Shown here: piece after piece, positions 1 to 13,242 of the stretch | Numbering within the stretch: the first letter of the stretch is position 1 | Layout of the letters: the number at the start of each line of letters is the position of its first letter | NCBI RefSeq assembly: GCF_001194135.2 | Contig: NC_068981.1 | Location: forward strand, 62,245,945-62,309,944 | DNA: 64,000 nucleotides | Source: Octopus bimaculoides | Taxonomy: Eukaryota | Reading direction: 5' to 3' | Program-made: the position numbers and the translations under genes | The notes under the pieces: model-generated | Database searches by the model: none | What the model was told of the DNA's origin: nothing | What the model saw: the letters and a program-made list of their open reading frames with translations, nothing else

Positions 1-23
1 CGAAATTCCTCCTTTTCTGTTAC

Positions 24-25
<2 letters not shown>

Positions 26-72
<47 letters not shown>

Positions 73-150
73 TGTATGTATATATGTATGTATGTATGTA
101 TGTATGTACATATGTATATGTACGTATGTATGTTTGTATGTATGTATGCA
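26..150. repeat. (TA)n / (TATG)n microsatellite
   Basis: Directly visible dinucleotide and tetranucleotide runs. Confidence 0.95.
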
Positions 151-539
151 AATGTGGGTGCGTGTGTGAATGTACTTTATAGAGCCAGTAGGCTGTGTCC
201 ATGCTGACAATACCGTAATTTTTTTAAAAAGAGTATGTATTATCTTCAAACAGATGTGTGTATTTTTTTTCATATAGCATGAAGAATAACTGCGAATCTA
301 CATGTAACATGCATTTGAGTTATTTACGAAAAGAGATATATCAGATGGGAGTTGAATGGATAGGAAAGAAATAAGGGGAAAATTCAAAGCAATATTAAAA
401 TAGATTTAATTGTGTTTTATATTTAATGCTCATCGTCATTTCCATGACTTGTATGAAATGCTAAGACTGTTTGTCCGTGCCAAAGGCAAACATGCGCATA
501 GACTCACATTCTAACAGACACGAGCACACATTTAAGAAG

Positions 540-2620
540 GATCAGAAACCACGTATTGTTTCATCGTATAAATGAGTGGCTACACAAGGAAAACGAAATG
601 GAACTTGCGAAGGCAATGTCTCTGGTGAAAAGGAAGCCAAACCAATCTGCATGCCCGAGGCACGACCTTACAAACATGCTCTTTATTGAGCAAATGATGC
701 TCCAACCAAGAAGGGGGGAAATGTCCTGGACCTCTGCTTCACATATCACACGGTGCTCATCCATAATGTTAAGGTGACTCCGGCGATTTTCACATATCAT
801 GACTTAATAGAACTAACAACGTATGGTCTACAGACATGCAGGGTATTCGAAGTACCCAACACCTCTTCAACCTGAACTTTCAAAAAACTGAGTGGAAGAG
901 TACCGTGAAAGGGGTCATCGAACAAAACTAGTTTACCAGTCTCTTTTCGCAAGCTATTGACATGAAGCTACAGCACATTATAACAATAATGCATGACATA
1001 TGCAGTAAGTTCGCTCTAGAGAGAATATGCCAAACTAACAGAAATATATAATACCCAGGAATAGGAGGATTCTAATGAGACGATGAGCAGAATCTCATAT
1101 CGTCTAAATGAGCTACTAAAATTTAGCAAGCAATGCTCTCTCAAACAAACATTGCTCGAGAACGAAAATGAACCCAAATACTCCCATGAAAAGGAGAAGG
1201 CAGTAAACGAAACCCTGGCTTTCAAAAATATTAAAACAATCCCTAAACCTTCTATAGATATGCAAAAGTGTTTGCTTCAGTGCGGTACAAAATAGGGCCA
1301 CTGTTTGAAGAAAATGGCCCGCCGACTACGACCCTTGAAGGATCAGTGAAATATTGAATGTACAATACAAGCGTGTTTCATCACTACACTGGGGCACTTG
1401 CAAGTAGCTATGCCTCATGAGATCTTTGGCTCTACAGACCTACACAAAGAAAGAGAAATTATTGATAGCATCAAAATCGAAGAAACTGATGTAATATCGT
1501 CCAATGATGAATTGAGCTGAAACTCAGTCACATGACCTGATAGATTCCCAGCAATCCTATAGGAATGCGAAAGAGCACTCGCAAGAAAACTTCAGATTCT
1601 CTTTCAGAAGTTCCTCACAAATGGAATACCTTCCAAAAAGATAGAGGGAGGCATAATATGTCCTATCCATAAGGGGGGTGGCAGAAGAGATACTAAAAGT
1701 TATAGACCCGTCTCTCTAACCTCTCGTACCGGCAAAGTCAGAGATGTATTGTCTGGGAGAAACTCATTGTGTTCCCTGAAGATGATGACTTCTTTGCTGA
1801 CACCCAGCATGGCTTCTGTTCAGCATTTGCAGCACTATAACTAGGTGTTGAAACAATTAATCATTTGCTCAACGTAGATGTGATATATCTCGACATTGCA
1901 ACGGTCCTTGGTAAGGTTGATAATGTGAAGATAGTGTCAGTGTGCAGGTAAATGACCGGATTGATTCTGAGAACCTCCAGAACAAGGAACCTGGAAATTA
2001 TGCTGGTCCTTTAGAGGACATTTCTCCTCAGCCGTCTGTACTACTGCTCTCAACTGTGGTCACCCTACAGTGTCAGATTAATAAGGAAACTTGAGACGGT
2101 TCGGCGATGTTCCACAAGGAAGATTGCATCAATGAAACAGTAATTGAGAAAGACCGAAAGAGCTATGACTCTACTCCCTGGAGCGGAGACCGGTGAGGTA
2201 TGCAGTGTTATATAAGTGGAGGATACTGGAGGGGCTGGCACCAAACATTGAAGTCGAGTGTTATATTCCAAAGATCCCAGATGTCCAACGTACAATGAGA
2301 ATCATGTACTGTAATAGCTTGGGTGGGGTTAATGGTCCACAGCTATTTAAAGCCTTGTTGAAACATGTGAGGGATGACCGTGTAGTGTATTTCACTAGAA
2401 TTATTATATGTTTACAAGAGCTTGACAGGCATCCCTGACTAGCAGGTCAAGCTACTCCAGACAGATGACGAGCAAAGACTCAGAAACATGTCTCTGGATG
2501 CAGGCTTAGCTGGGTAGAGGTGCTTGTCTCCCCCTTGTAAAAATAAGGACACAGGAAATGTGACAAGGCCGACAGGAAACGGTGCAGCTTCCTAGGTCTA
2601 ACCCACAGTAGTATTATTCC
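540..2620 (+). mobile_element. Degenerate CR1/L2-group LINE (APE endonuclease end, RT, 3' end)
   Basis: Broken frames give EQMMLQPRRG-NVLDLCFT (APE, ~690-745), ICPIHKGGGRRDTKSYRPVSLTS (~1655-1725), QHGF (~1805), DVIYLDIA (~1878), YKWRILEGLAPN and YCNSLGGVNGPQLF (~2210-2350), homologous to the copies at 34086 and 62683. Many stops and frameshifts. Confidence 0.85.
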
Positions 2621-5600
2621 CTTCAGGGGACTGTCACATTAAGTTGACAGCATACAACTACTTCATCGTATCATTACTACATAAATCTCTCTGAGAGAGT
2701 TAGAAATGTATTATTTCTAAACTTGAGATTAGCTCAAAATTAGAGGCGTAGACTCTGGCTACTTTCACCTTTTCATTTGACAAACTGTTCAATTTGATGA
2801 ACTGTACCATTATATTTAATTCTCCCAACTCGAATTGAAGTTTGGACACATAAAAGCTGAATGAAACCCATTCTGGGATCTTTCTTGAATTACTTCACAA
2901 TTTTGCTGCGCCGATCGTTCGTGCTATTACTTATAAAACATTCCTTTTACTCCTGCCCACACACACTCTCACACGCATATGTGTGTATGTGCTTGTGTGT
3001 ATGTATGTGAGTGTGTGGGAGAGAGAATCTACCTAGGTATTTACGTGAATGTCTCTTACATTGGAAAATATTTACGCTTGAGTATTTTAAACTGTATCAT
3101 TCATACATGACATTATATATTACTTATTTATACATCACGCATATAACATTTCTATATTCGTGTGACTTCATACAAAAGACCGTTTCATTTACGGAATGTG
3201 TTCCGTAATTTGCCGTAAAGTTACTGCTTGATTATATTAAATGAAATCTTAAATTGTATTATCTATTGAATTTCATCATAATAATGCCAATCAGAACTTT
3301 CTGTATATTTTTTTGATTATGAAAACTAAGGCAACATATAGATTATAATTTTGTGTACTGATGAGCAGATTAAATATTTTTCGGAGCGATACAGTTGGAG
3401 GTGATTAGTTCAAGTATCTAAATAAATGTTCAGATCAGTCAAATTCTGATTCTGCACTTTACTCTAAATACCGTATTTTACGTTAACTAGCATTTTCCTA
3501 TCAGACAATTCGACAATTCGATACTTCGTTAATTCTCTTGCCTTTTTCAAACTTATGTAACAATTTTACTCACGTATTGATTGGAAATCCATGAATAATC
3601 TCCGAAAACATTTCCTGCGTTCCTATGAAACCACTTAATGTTGTTTTATAAAATTTCGTCTAGAAAATAAACCGAATTGAATTGAAAGAAATTGCAAATT
3701 ATCTACTCAGAACTGAAAGAACTTTTGAAATTTTTCTCGTAATTTTCATTACTTCATATTCACAGCAAATCGACTTATTGATATCATTTATGTTATAACA
3801 GTTTATGGCAGTTAGCAAATGATACAGTTATTGACAAGTTCAAACACTTTTTTTTTTTGCAATACTTGCATTGTTTGATTGCCGCTAACAACATATATTA
3901 GAATTTTCATGCAGACTTTTCCATGGCTAATGGCTCTGCAATAAATTGCGCAGCACATATTAATTAATATATATGGAGTATCCACTTGTATTGATTTCGA
4001 ATATTAATTATTGGTCTGGGATTATTTCAGCGAATCAAAAGTCCACCGGATTAATGTAGTTATACCATTAGCATTTATCTTATGCATTTCCACGTTCTGC
4101 TGTACTGGTGTGTTAGATTTTATTCTGGTTTGGTTAATACAGAATTCCAAGAAAATCTCTTGGTTGATTAACTCATTCTCTCTCTCTTTCTGAAGAATTA
4201 GCTATGAAGTTCATATATAAATGTTTATTAGTTTACATATTTCCTGAAATATTCAGCATACTATTGTCGAATTCATATAGCTAATTGACATTACTTAAGT
4301 TGAAGTCATGTTCCTAATTAACTGAATAAGTAAGAAAATTATTACTTCAATAATGGAATGACTACAGGTTGCACGTTCCACTTTATTGTAGAATTCCTTA
4401 TAATTATACTCATGTAACCAGGTTTATATATTTAAAATTGATTTATTACAAAATAATGGTTTCAAATCTTGGCACAAGGCAAGCGGTTTCGGGGTACATC
4501 TGTTACATAAACCCCACAGCTGAACTGGTAGTTATTTTATAAACCTCGAAATTATGAATCACAGAGTCAACCTTGACGGAATTCAAACTGTGAACATACA
4601 GACAGAGGGAATGCTGCTTAGCAATTTTCCGGGAGTGATAACGATTCTGACAGCTCACTGCCTTAATGTAATACAAGCAATATTGAAGATAACTAAATAT
4701 TTTAATACGTGAATAATTGTAGGGGTATTTAAAACAACTAATAGTAGCCATTTTATAATTTCGAATATTACAAACGACTTTTGAATATATAATCAGAACA
4801 AATGTAGCACTGAAATGAGCATTGCAAAAAGACACACAGTTAGCGAATATATAGCAACTTATTTAATTATAGGACGAAATAACAGATTTTTGCTTCTAGA
4901 TGTTCTTTCTGAAAACACATATAAAAAAGATTTGAAAATCATGTGATACTTGAAAGATAATGAAATCCTCATTTGTATAAATTATAAGCGTAAATTTCTA
5001 TTTAAACAAGTTTATATTTAACAGTTGGTAACACCTCAAATGCATTTTAAGTGTTGTGTTAAATAATGACGAAATTTAAATTTTGCATGTCCTATTCCAA
5101 TTCTGATTTTAAACCCTACTTCATATTATGCTGCAAACACTTTCAAAATTTAGAGCGAGAAATGAAAGGTTTTATAAGACTGTACAATGCAAGACCCTTG
5201 TCTGCAAACGCACCTTCATTTTCAAAAGGTAAATTATGGCAAAATTGTTAAAAACCGGTGTACTATACATCTGGCTATATATATTGATGTTAGCTTTGGC
5301 AAAATATGCATCCGAATTTAAAAGTGTATTTAAGTTATGTTGCACAAAATTCAAATTTATAACCAAAGGAAAAGATTTCAAACGTGTAGTTCTTACTGTT
5401 AATTCTTCTCACATTAGTTGTAATAGGTTCTCTTTATATACATATATATATATATANNNNNNNNNNNNNNNNNNNNNNNNNNNNNNNNNNNNNNNNNNNN
5501 NNNNNNNNNNNNNNNNNNNNNNNNNNNNNNNNNNNNNNNNNNNNNNNNNNNNNNNNNNNNNNNNNNNNNNNNNNNNNNNNNNNNNNNNNNNNNNNNNNNN

Positions 5601-6397
5601 NNNNNNNNNNNNNNNNNNNNNNNNNNNNNNNNNNNNNNNNNNNNNNNNNNNNNNNNNNNNNNNNNNNNNNNNNNNNNNNNNNNNNNNNNNNNNNNNNNNN
5701 NNNNNNNNNNNNNNNNNNNNNNNNNNNNNNNNNNNNNNNNNNNNNNNNNNNNNNNNNNNNNNNNNNNNNNNNNNNNNNNNNNNNNNNNNNNNNNNNNNNN
5801 NNNNNNNNNNNNNNNNNNNNNNNNNNNNNNNNNNNNNNNNNNNNNNNNNNNNNNNNNNNNNNNNNNNNNNNNNNNNNNNNNNNNNNNNNNNNNNNNNNNN
5901 NNNNNNNNNNNNNNNNNNNNNNNNNNNNNNNNNNNNNNNNNNNNNNNNNNNNNNNNNNNNNNNNNNNNNNNNNNNNNNNNNNNNNNNNNNNNNNNNNNNN
6001 NNNNNNNNNNNNNNNNNNNNNNNNNNNNNNNNNNNNNNNNNNNNNNNNNNNNNNNNNNNNNNNNNNNNNNNNNNNNNNNNNNNNNNNNNNNNNNNNNNNN
6101 NNNNNNNNNNNNNNNNNNNNNNNNNNNNNNNNNNNNNNNNNNNNNNNNNNNTATATATATATATATATCATACAAATGATATATGAGCATATGCATGTAT
6201 ACATACATATATGTACATTCCTTCATCTACATGTATATATAGATGCATATCCGGGTACAGGACGTCAAACATGAGGACAAAAAAAGAAACGGGAACATAA
6301 ACAAAGCACAAAAAACGGACTCTTTTTACGGACAAAATAATGAACACATAGGAAAACAGACAAGCCACTTATTGATCTTTTCCTTCATCAGCTGCCT

Positions 6398-6448
6398 CTA
6401 TTCTAACGTAGGCGTTTCGAAGATGAGCATAACGCGCTCTTAGAATAG
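6398..6448 (-). ncRNA. Relic of a minimal type I hammerhead ribozyme (CUGANGA core missing)
   Basis: Minus strand: ctattctaa-gagc gcgttat gctc-atcttc-GAAAC GCC TA-cgttagaatag. There is a 9-bp outer stem, an inner hairpin and a GAAAC..UA motif but no CUGANGA inside; a lone CTGATGA follows just downstream. Confidence 0.3.
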
Positions 6449-6821
6449 CTCTTCCCGCGAAGTGGATTAACCTTCTAAGCGGAGGATTCCAAAGTAGCAA
6501 ACAAAAAACAAGACAGGAAAAATTAAACAGTGAAAACGACGTTAAGCCGAACGCGACGAGATATTGAACGCTGTGATGTGACGAACTTGAGCGGAGAGAG
6601 ATAGTAGTTCGTCTTGCCTTTATGCTGGCCGAAGGGAGAAAGGAAGAGGTCACATGTGATCAAAGTGGAGTGGTAGAGAGGAAAAAGGGAGGAAGTGGAA
6701 CAAAGGTGAGCGACGAGAGACAGGGAGGAAGATTAAGAGAGAGATATGTATAGCAGTGAAGTTGAGAAGCAAGGACAACAGAAGGAAGCAGAACGAGAGG
6801 GGGAGATAGGTAAGATATTGG

Positions 6822-6853
<32 letters not shown>

Positions 6854-7209
6854 NNNNNNNNNNNNNNNNNNNNNNNNNNNNNNNNNNNNNNNNNNNNNNN
6901 NNNNNNNNNNNNNNNNNNNNNNNNNNNNNNNNNNNNNNNNNNNNNNNNNNNNNNNNNNNNNNNNNNNNNNNNNNNNNNNNNNNNNNNNNNNNNNNNNNNN
7001 NNNNNNNNNNNNNNNNNNNNNNNNNNNNNNNNNNNNNNNNNNNNNNNNNNNNNNNNNNNNNNNNNNNNNNNNNNNNNNNNNNNNNNNNNNNNNNNNNNNN
7101 NNNNNNNNNNNNNNNNNNNNNNNNNNNNNNNNNNNNNNNNNNNNNNNNNNNNNNNNNNNNNNNNNNNNNNNNNNNNNNNNNNNNNNNNNNNNNNNNNNNN
7201 NNNNNNNNN

Positions 7210-7264
<55 letters not shown>

Positions 7265-8519
7265 ATATATATATATATTCTGTTTAAATGGATCTCTAAA
7301 TACCTTACAATGAGTGGTAGTTGTGATTAGTGGACTACGTTAATTTTTACTACTTCACTTGGTGCAAACTCTTTTGCAGTAACTTGAACTGTAACATACA
7401 AGCCGAAGTTGAATTCGTCAATGGATCGGGCTATATAGATTTACGTTGGTATAAAGGACAAACACGAAGCATCAATTCATTAAATAATGTATTGAGACGG
7501 AAAATGTTAAAACGAAAATTAATGCTATGCAGATTAATTATGCTGATTTATTTTATTAATCGAATATTCCTTAGGAAAATGTAACAGTGAATTGTTTTCT
7601 TTTGAAATGTATTATTCTAACATATACCCCTGAACTCATAGCTCATTAATAAACCGATTCTTTTGACAAAGCACAAACAGATCTCTTGGTACTAAACTTC
7701 TTTTCTTTATTTAAGCAAGACTGTAAATGGTGAAAACATCGGAAAATTTGAAATATATGATTTGCAAAGAATAACAAAATCGGATAATTCAAAAGATTGA
7801 TTCAAACGTTCGTTTAATTGAATGTTCTTATCTATATTAGAGCCTCAAGTATTTCTTCCAACAAATTGTAACAAACAAATACAATGCAATATAAAAAATT
7901 CTATCTCAAGGATGATTAAAAGCGGAATGTTTTAAATTACAGCTTTTGAAAAAAACAGACTAGTCTTAAATGAAATTAATTCATCACTAATAGGCAGCGA
8001 AAATGATTTTCTAACATCATTCAGTAGGACTTCGACACAATTATATTCAAAGACGGGAGTTGACAATTCTGTCTATTGTGATTGCTTGCGCCTTTTAGAA
8101 AATGGGTCAAAGTAAATGTAACATTTAAAACATTGGAAGATAAAGGAATACAGAATTCTATAGCTATTTTAAGTATATAATGTAAAGCATCCGCAATACA
8201 ATATTATTAGGTAATTAGGATAATGGGAAAATGCAAGGTGTGTTTTCAAAGTCGGACAAATGTGTGGTAGTGGGGAAGGAGTATTTCTATGTAATTCAGA
8301 ATGTCTACATTTGTAATTTGGGATGTGTATGTTTGTACTTTAGTGACATACCGTTGTTTGTGTCCGTTTGGATTGTTGTGGTGTTCTTCGGTCTTTCTCT
8401 TGTAATCCATTCTTCTTCCAAGAAGAATACGAACAACAACAGCAACAGTACCAAAAGCAACAGAATCAGAAACAGCTACTAAAAAGAACAGCAAGAAAAC
8501 ACTGAACAACAACAGCAGT

Positions 8520-9450
8520 AGACGTTCGGGTTAATGGAAGAAGAGAATAGCCTGGCTTGGTATGTCAATGGGAGTAAAAAATAAATGATTGAAGCAGTTA
8601 AAATGCAGGGAACCTTAAAAGTGAACGAAACCGTAGATCCAGCATGATTTAAGAAAGACCAGAGAGAACAGATGAAAAAACATTAGTAGGGCAAGAAAAT
8701 GCACAGTCAGTTCTTGAAGAATAAAGATGAGATTGATTGTAATAGAACCTGGCAATGGTTGCAGAAAGAAGACTTAAAAGGGCCCACTGAGGCATTAGTG
8801 TGCAGCGCTAAAGAACAAGCTACTCCGAATATCACATTCAGAAATGCACTTACTCGCCACAGTGTGGGATGTGCTCTGAGAAGAGAGAAGTATAATCCAT
8901 ATTGTTAGTGAATGCTGTAAGCACGCACAACACGAATACAAAATACATTATAATGTGGCTGTTGTGAGGTAAAGCAAAGCTGGACGGAACCGAGCATTGG
9001 TATGAACACAAGCTAGAGGCAGTAATGGAATACGAACATTATAAAATACTCTGGAATGTTAACATACAATGCGATCAAGTCATAGAGGTGAGACGGCCAG
9101 ATATCGAGATTATCCATTAAGAAGCAAAGATAATAGATGTTGCAATACCATGTGAATCGAGGGTGAAATGTAAGGAAATAGAAAAGAGTGAGAAATACCA
9201 GCCACTAGAGGACGAGAGTAATGGTGATACCGGTAGTAACTGGATCATCAGGAGCAGTTTCCCCGGGGTTCTGAAAACCTATTAAGAATATTGGAGCTAC
9301 CGCTAGGCTCGAACTGATCCAGAAGACAGCATTGTTGGGGACTGCTCGCATTCTAAGGAGAGTGTTGTCTATTTGAGTCACATGAGACGGCACCACTTGA
9401 AACCTTTGGTGATTTGTTATAGCCTGCTTTCAAGTAAAAAACAACCGGTA
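8520..9450 (+). mobile_element. R4/Dong-like non-LTR retrotransposon, 3' fragment (CCHC knuckle, REL endonuclease, 3' UTR)
   Basis: EENSLAWYV, WQWLQKEDLKGPTEALVCSAKEQA, KILWNVNIQCDQVIEVRRPDI, IIDVAIP, EKSEKYQ and the C-terminus KTALLGTARILRRVLSI*. Preceded by a degenerate (AAC)n tract. Confidence 0.85.
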
Positions 9451-9469
9451 ATTAAGGACTATCAGTATG

Positions 9470-10880
9470 TACCAGCTACTGTACCTCCCCAAAATTAAAC
9501 TTGATACTAAAACAACATCAATAATGAACCTGGCCGTCACTAAACTAATAGCCACAGAAACAAATGTCAATATCACCAAGCTAAATCATTATATATGTGC
9601 AGCAGCCACTGTGACCACAGAAGTTGGATACTCCTTCAAACCCATCGGAACAGGAATACCACCACGCAAACAAACCCTGTGAATAGATAATATCAAGAAA
9701 AAATAGAAACAAGAGAAAAGATCTGTCGATCCTTAACGAAACTATTAGACAATCAACATTACCAAACAGCAAGAAGAGAACAAAAATACTGTGTAAATAC
9801 AAAATTACAGAAAAAGGTTTACCTGAGTTAAAAGAACAGCTAAAGCAAGATATCCTTGTCAAAGCACAAAGAAACAGCCGGTATGTGAAGCGCCAACGTT
9901 TCTTTGAACAAAAAAAACAGCTCAACTCCAATCCCCAAAGATTCTACCAAGAACTTGGTAAAAATAAAATAGACATCAATGCAGCACCAACAGCAGAAGT
10001 GGAAGAATTTTGGAAAGGAATATGGTCGGCGAAGGAACAACCACACAAAAGATTTATCAAAACAGCGAACTCAGCACCTGAACAACTCTGGAACCCTATA
10101 ACAACGGAAGAGGTCACCCAAGCACTGCAAAATCTAAGCAACTGGAAGACACCCGTGGACGATATGATCCCCAAATTATGGTTAAAATACTGACAGGAAC
10201 ACATAAAAAGATGACTGTGAAATTTAATGAAATACTAGCAGAGCCAGAGACAATGGTTGAATGGCTCACGGAAGGGAAGACTAACCTAATTCTCAACAAC
10301 CTGTTGTCAGAAGGGTAGACGTGATGCTGCAAGGGGTTATACGAATGTAAGGATCAACTAATGATCAATAAAGCCATAAGGAAAGACGGCAGCAGAAAGA
10401 AAGGTCTAAAAATGGCCTGGATCGATTACCGAAAGACTTTTGATTGCACTCCCCAAACATGGATCCTAGAAACACTAGCCATGAACAAGGTAGCACCAAT
10501 AGCCATAGAATATACAACATATCCCATGATTAAATGGCACACAGTGCAAGAACTCCAAGTAAATGTGAGACTGATAAAAACCAAAGCCATCGCCATTAGA
10601 AGAGGAATATTCCAGGGCGACACGCTCTCTCCACTACTTTTCTGCTTTGCACTGACACCTTTATCTGACATGCTAAACAGAACTGGATGCAGATACAACT
10701 GTTACGGCAAAGCAATCAGCGACTTCTTATATATGGATGACCAAAAACTGTATTCTACAAATGATATACTGCTGGAAACATTACTACAGACAGTACATGG
10801 ATTTACCAAAGACATAAATATGGAATTTGGCTTAGAAAAATGTGCCAAAGCAACCTTGAGAAAAGGAAAACTAGTTTCGC
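9470..10880 (+). mobile_element. R4/Dong-like non-LTR retrotransposon, pre-RT and RT fragment
   Basis: ORFs 9467-9682 (LNHYICAAATV), 9885-10193 (NPQRFYQEL, EEFWKGIW, ITTEEVTQAL..NWKTP) and 10361-10915 (MAWIDYRKTFD, RRGIFQGDTLSPLLF, LYMDD, FGLEKC). Confidence 0.9.
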
Positions 10881-11110
10881 CTTTAATTAACATAAACTTG
10901 TTAATTTTAAAATAAAAGGATATTTTTCTTAGACTTAAATGATAGCAATATGTATGAGGAATTCAGAGTCGTTAGTCGCATTGAACAAGAATCAGTAGAA
11001 GAAAAGTTATAGGGTGAAATACCACGAAATTTCGTGTAAGATAGTTAGGGAGGTACGCTTCAGTTATAAGAATTAAACAATATATTGCTAAAATGAATGT
11101 TTAGATCTTA

Positions 11111-11240
11111 AAGCGGCGAGCTAGCAGAAACGTTAGAGCGCCAGGTGAAATACTTATCGGTATTCCGCCTGTGTTTGTGATTTGAGTTCAAATTTTGCTG
11201 ATGTCGACTTTGCTTTTTATTCATTTCGAATCTATTCAAT
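11111..11240 (+). mobile_element. Degenerate tRNA-derived CORE-type SINE
   Basis: Head ggcgagctagcagaaacgttag, B-box gagttcaaatt, then gatgtcgactttgcttttt; same family as the 60391-61035 copies. Confidence 0.7.
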
Positions 11241-11668
11241 TTGACAGATTATTTAATTGATTATTTTTAACTAAACACTTTGAAACTTCCGATACTGGTA
11301 CAGTGTGTCACATACAACATTGTTTACTGCCAACTTTTTTGACAAAATTTTGTATTTTAGAAGTTATTTCGTTACAAATTACAGAGTGACAATTGACAAA
11401 TTTTTGTTCGATATGTGCCAATACACGAAACTCTCAGATTTTGACTCACTCTCTAACTTCTGCCGATGATATATATGCATATATGTGTAAAGAAAAGCTC
11501 ATCATGCAATCAAATCAATGAAAGAGCCACTACCTGGTCGTTCGACACGCTAAATATAGCAGCCAATGTATTCCCCTAATCAATAATTTACAAGGTAAAA
11601 TTCTAAATTATTTATTGACACATTATTAATTATCTTATAACAGAAATGCCTGGAAAAATCATGGATTA

Positions 11669-12177
11669 CGTGGAAAAATGCGAGCATGAAAAGTAATATT
11701 CTTAAGATTATAAACCTGGAAAAGTACAGGACAAGTTATTACACCTGGAAAAGTATAGGACAAGCTATTCAAGTAAAGTAAAAAATAAGAAACTTTTTTC
11801 TTAAAATATTGCAGCTATAATTAAAATTTGAATATTAAAACTTATTTTATTATAGTTAACAAATAACACTATACTTACTTATGTAGAATTTGGCTAATTT
11901 ACTATCTTAAATACAGAAAAAACGTGACTAATTAGACAAACTTACAAATTAGCTGTACAGTTTTGTACAATAAATTTACAAGATGAGAACTGTAAAGTGT
12001 GATAAATTAGAAGAACTGGCATTCTTTGCTGCAATATTTTAAGTAAAAATTTCTTATTCTTTACCTTACCTTAAGTAATAGTTTGTCCTATACTTTTACA
12101 AGTATAATAACTTGTCCTATACTTTTCCAGGTTTATAATCTTAAGAATATTACATTTCATCCTGGCATTTTTCCATG
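11669..12177. mobile_element. MITE with ~150-bp TIRs and TA target site
   Basis: Left arm TA|cgtggaaaaatgc...aatattgcagc (11669-11816) is the imperfect reverse complement of the right arm gctgcaatatt...gcatttttccatg|TA (12028-12177). Each arm holds two ~29-bp subrepeats (cctggaaaagtaYaggacaagYtatt). No ORF. Confidence 0.85.
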
Positions 12178-13211
12178 TAATATATATATATTCATTTAGA
12201 CGCAGACATGTACATATGTATAAGTACACACGTATACACACATATACATAGGTTTATTTCAGTCTATTTCACATTCGTACATTCTATTTTATTTTATCTT
12301 AATTTTGCTTTATTTCATATATATTTATTCTATCTTTGCTTATTATTTTTATATTCATTTTATATTTAAACCAATCTATAGACCCAAGGAATAAATTAGA
12401 AATGAACGTATATACCGCTAAAAATATATATCGATGTACCTATCAACATGCATACTTGTTGCGAGTGCGTGCGTACGTGTGTGTGTATGTGTGTGCGTAT
12501 GTATGTATGTATATGTACGTATATGTATGTATATGTGTGTGCGTGTGTGTGTGTTTGTGTGCACTTGCATGCATATACGTGGTTGCATGTACAGATTCAC
12601 ATGTATAAACATAGATGTAAGTTTTGTTTCAGTTTTACAAAAATTAACAAAAAATTTATTTTTTATTTTCCTTTGCTCTCACGTTATGCTATTCATTGTA
12701 CTAATATACCCATTATTATTAGACCCATTATTCATGTTATTATTACTATTATTGAACTGAAATAAAAAGCATGATGTTACGCCTGTGTACTCACATATAC
12801 GTACACACGTAGTAAACATATTTATATATTCTGTATATTCCGAAAGTATCATTATGTAATCGTTATTGTCCTCTGAAAATCCTGACGATTTTCCTTATAG
12901 AATATTTAAAATGCAAGTGTATATTTTTATAAATGGTTTGTAATTTTAATCTAATTTGAGAAAATAAACAAATGTTGGTTAATATGCTGATTAATTAATA
13001 AATTATTTTCTATTCATTAAACATCTCTGCTTTCTAACTCAATAAAAATACCCGATGTCTTACGATGTTCTATATAATATATTCATTGAATTATTTTCTC
13101 TTCATAAATCAATATATTAAACCAGTATATCTTGGAAAATATCTCTATAAGAGCTTTGAGGAAGAGATGTATAATATTCAGGATGCAGTGAATAAACTCT
13201 CGTCAATATAT

Positions 13212-13242
<31 letters not shown>

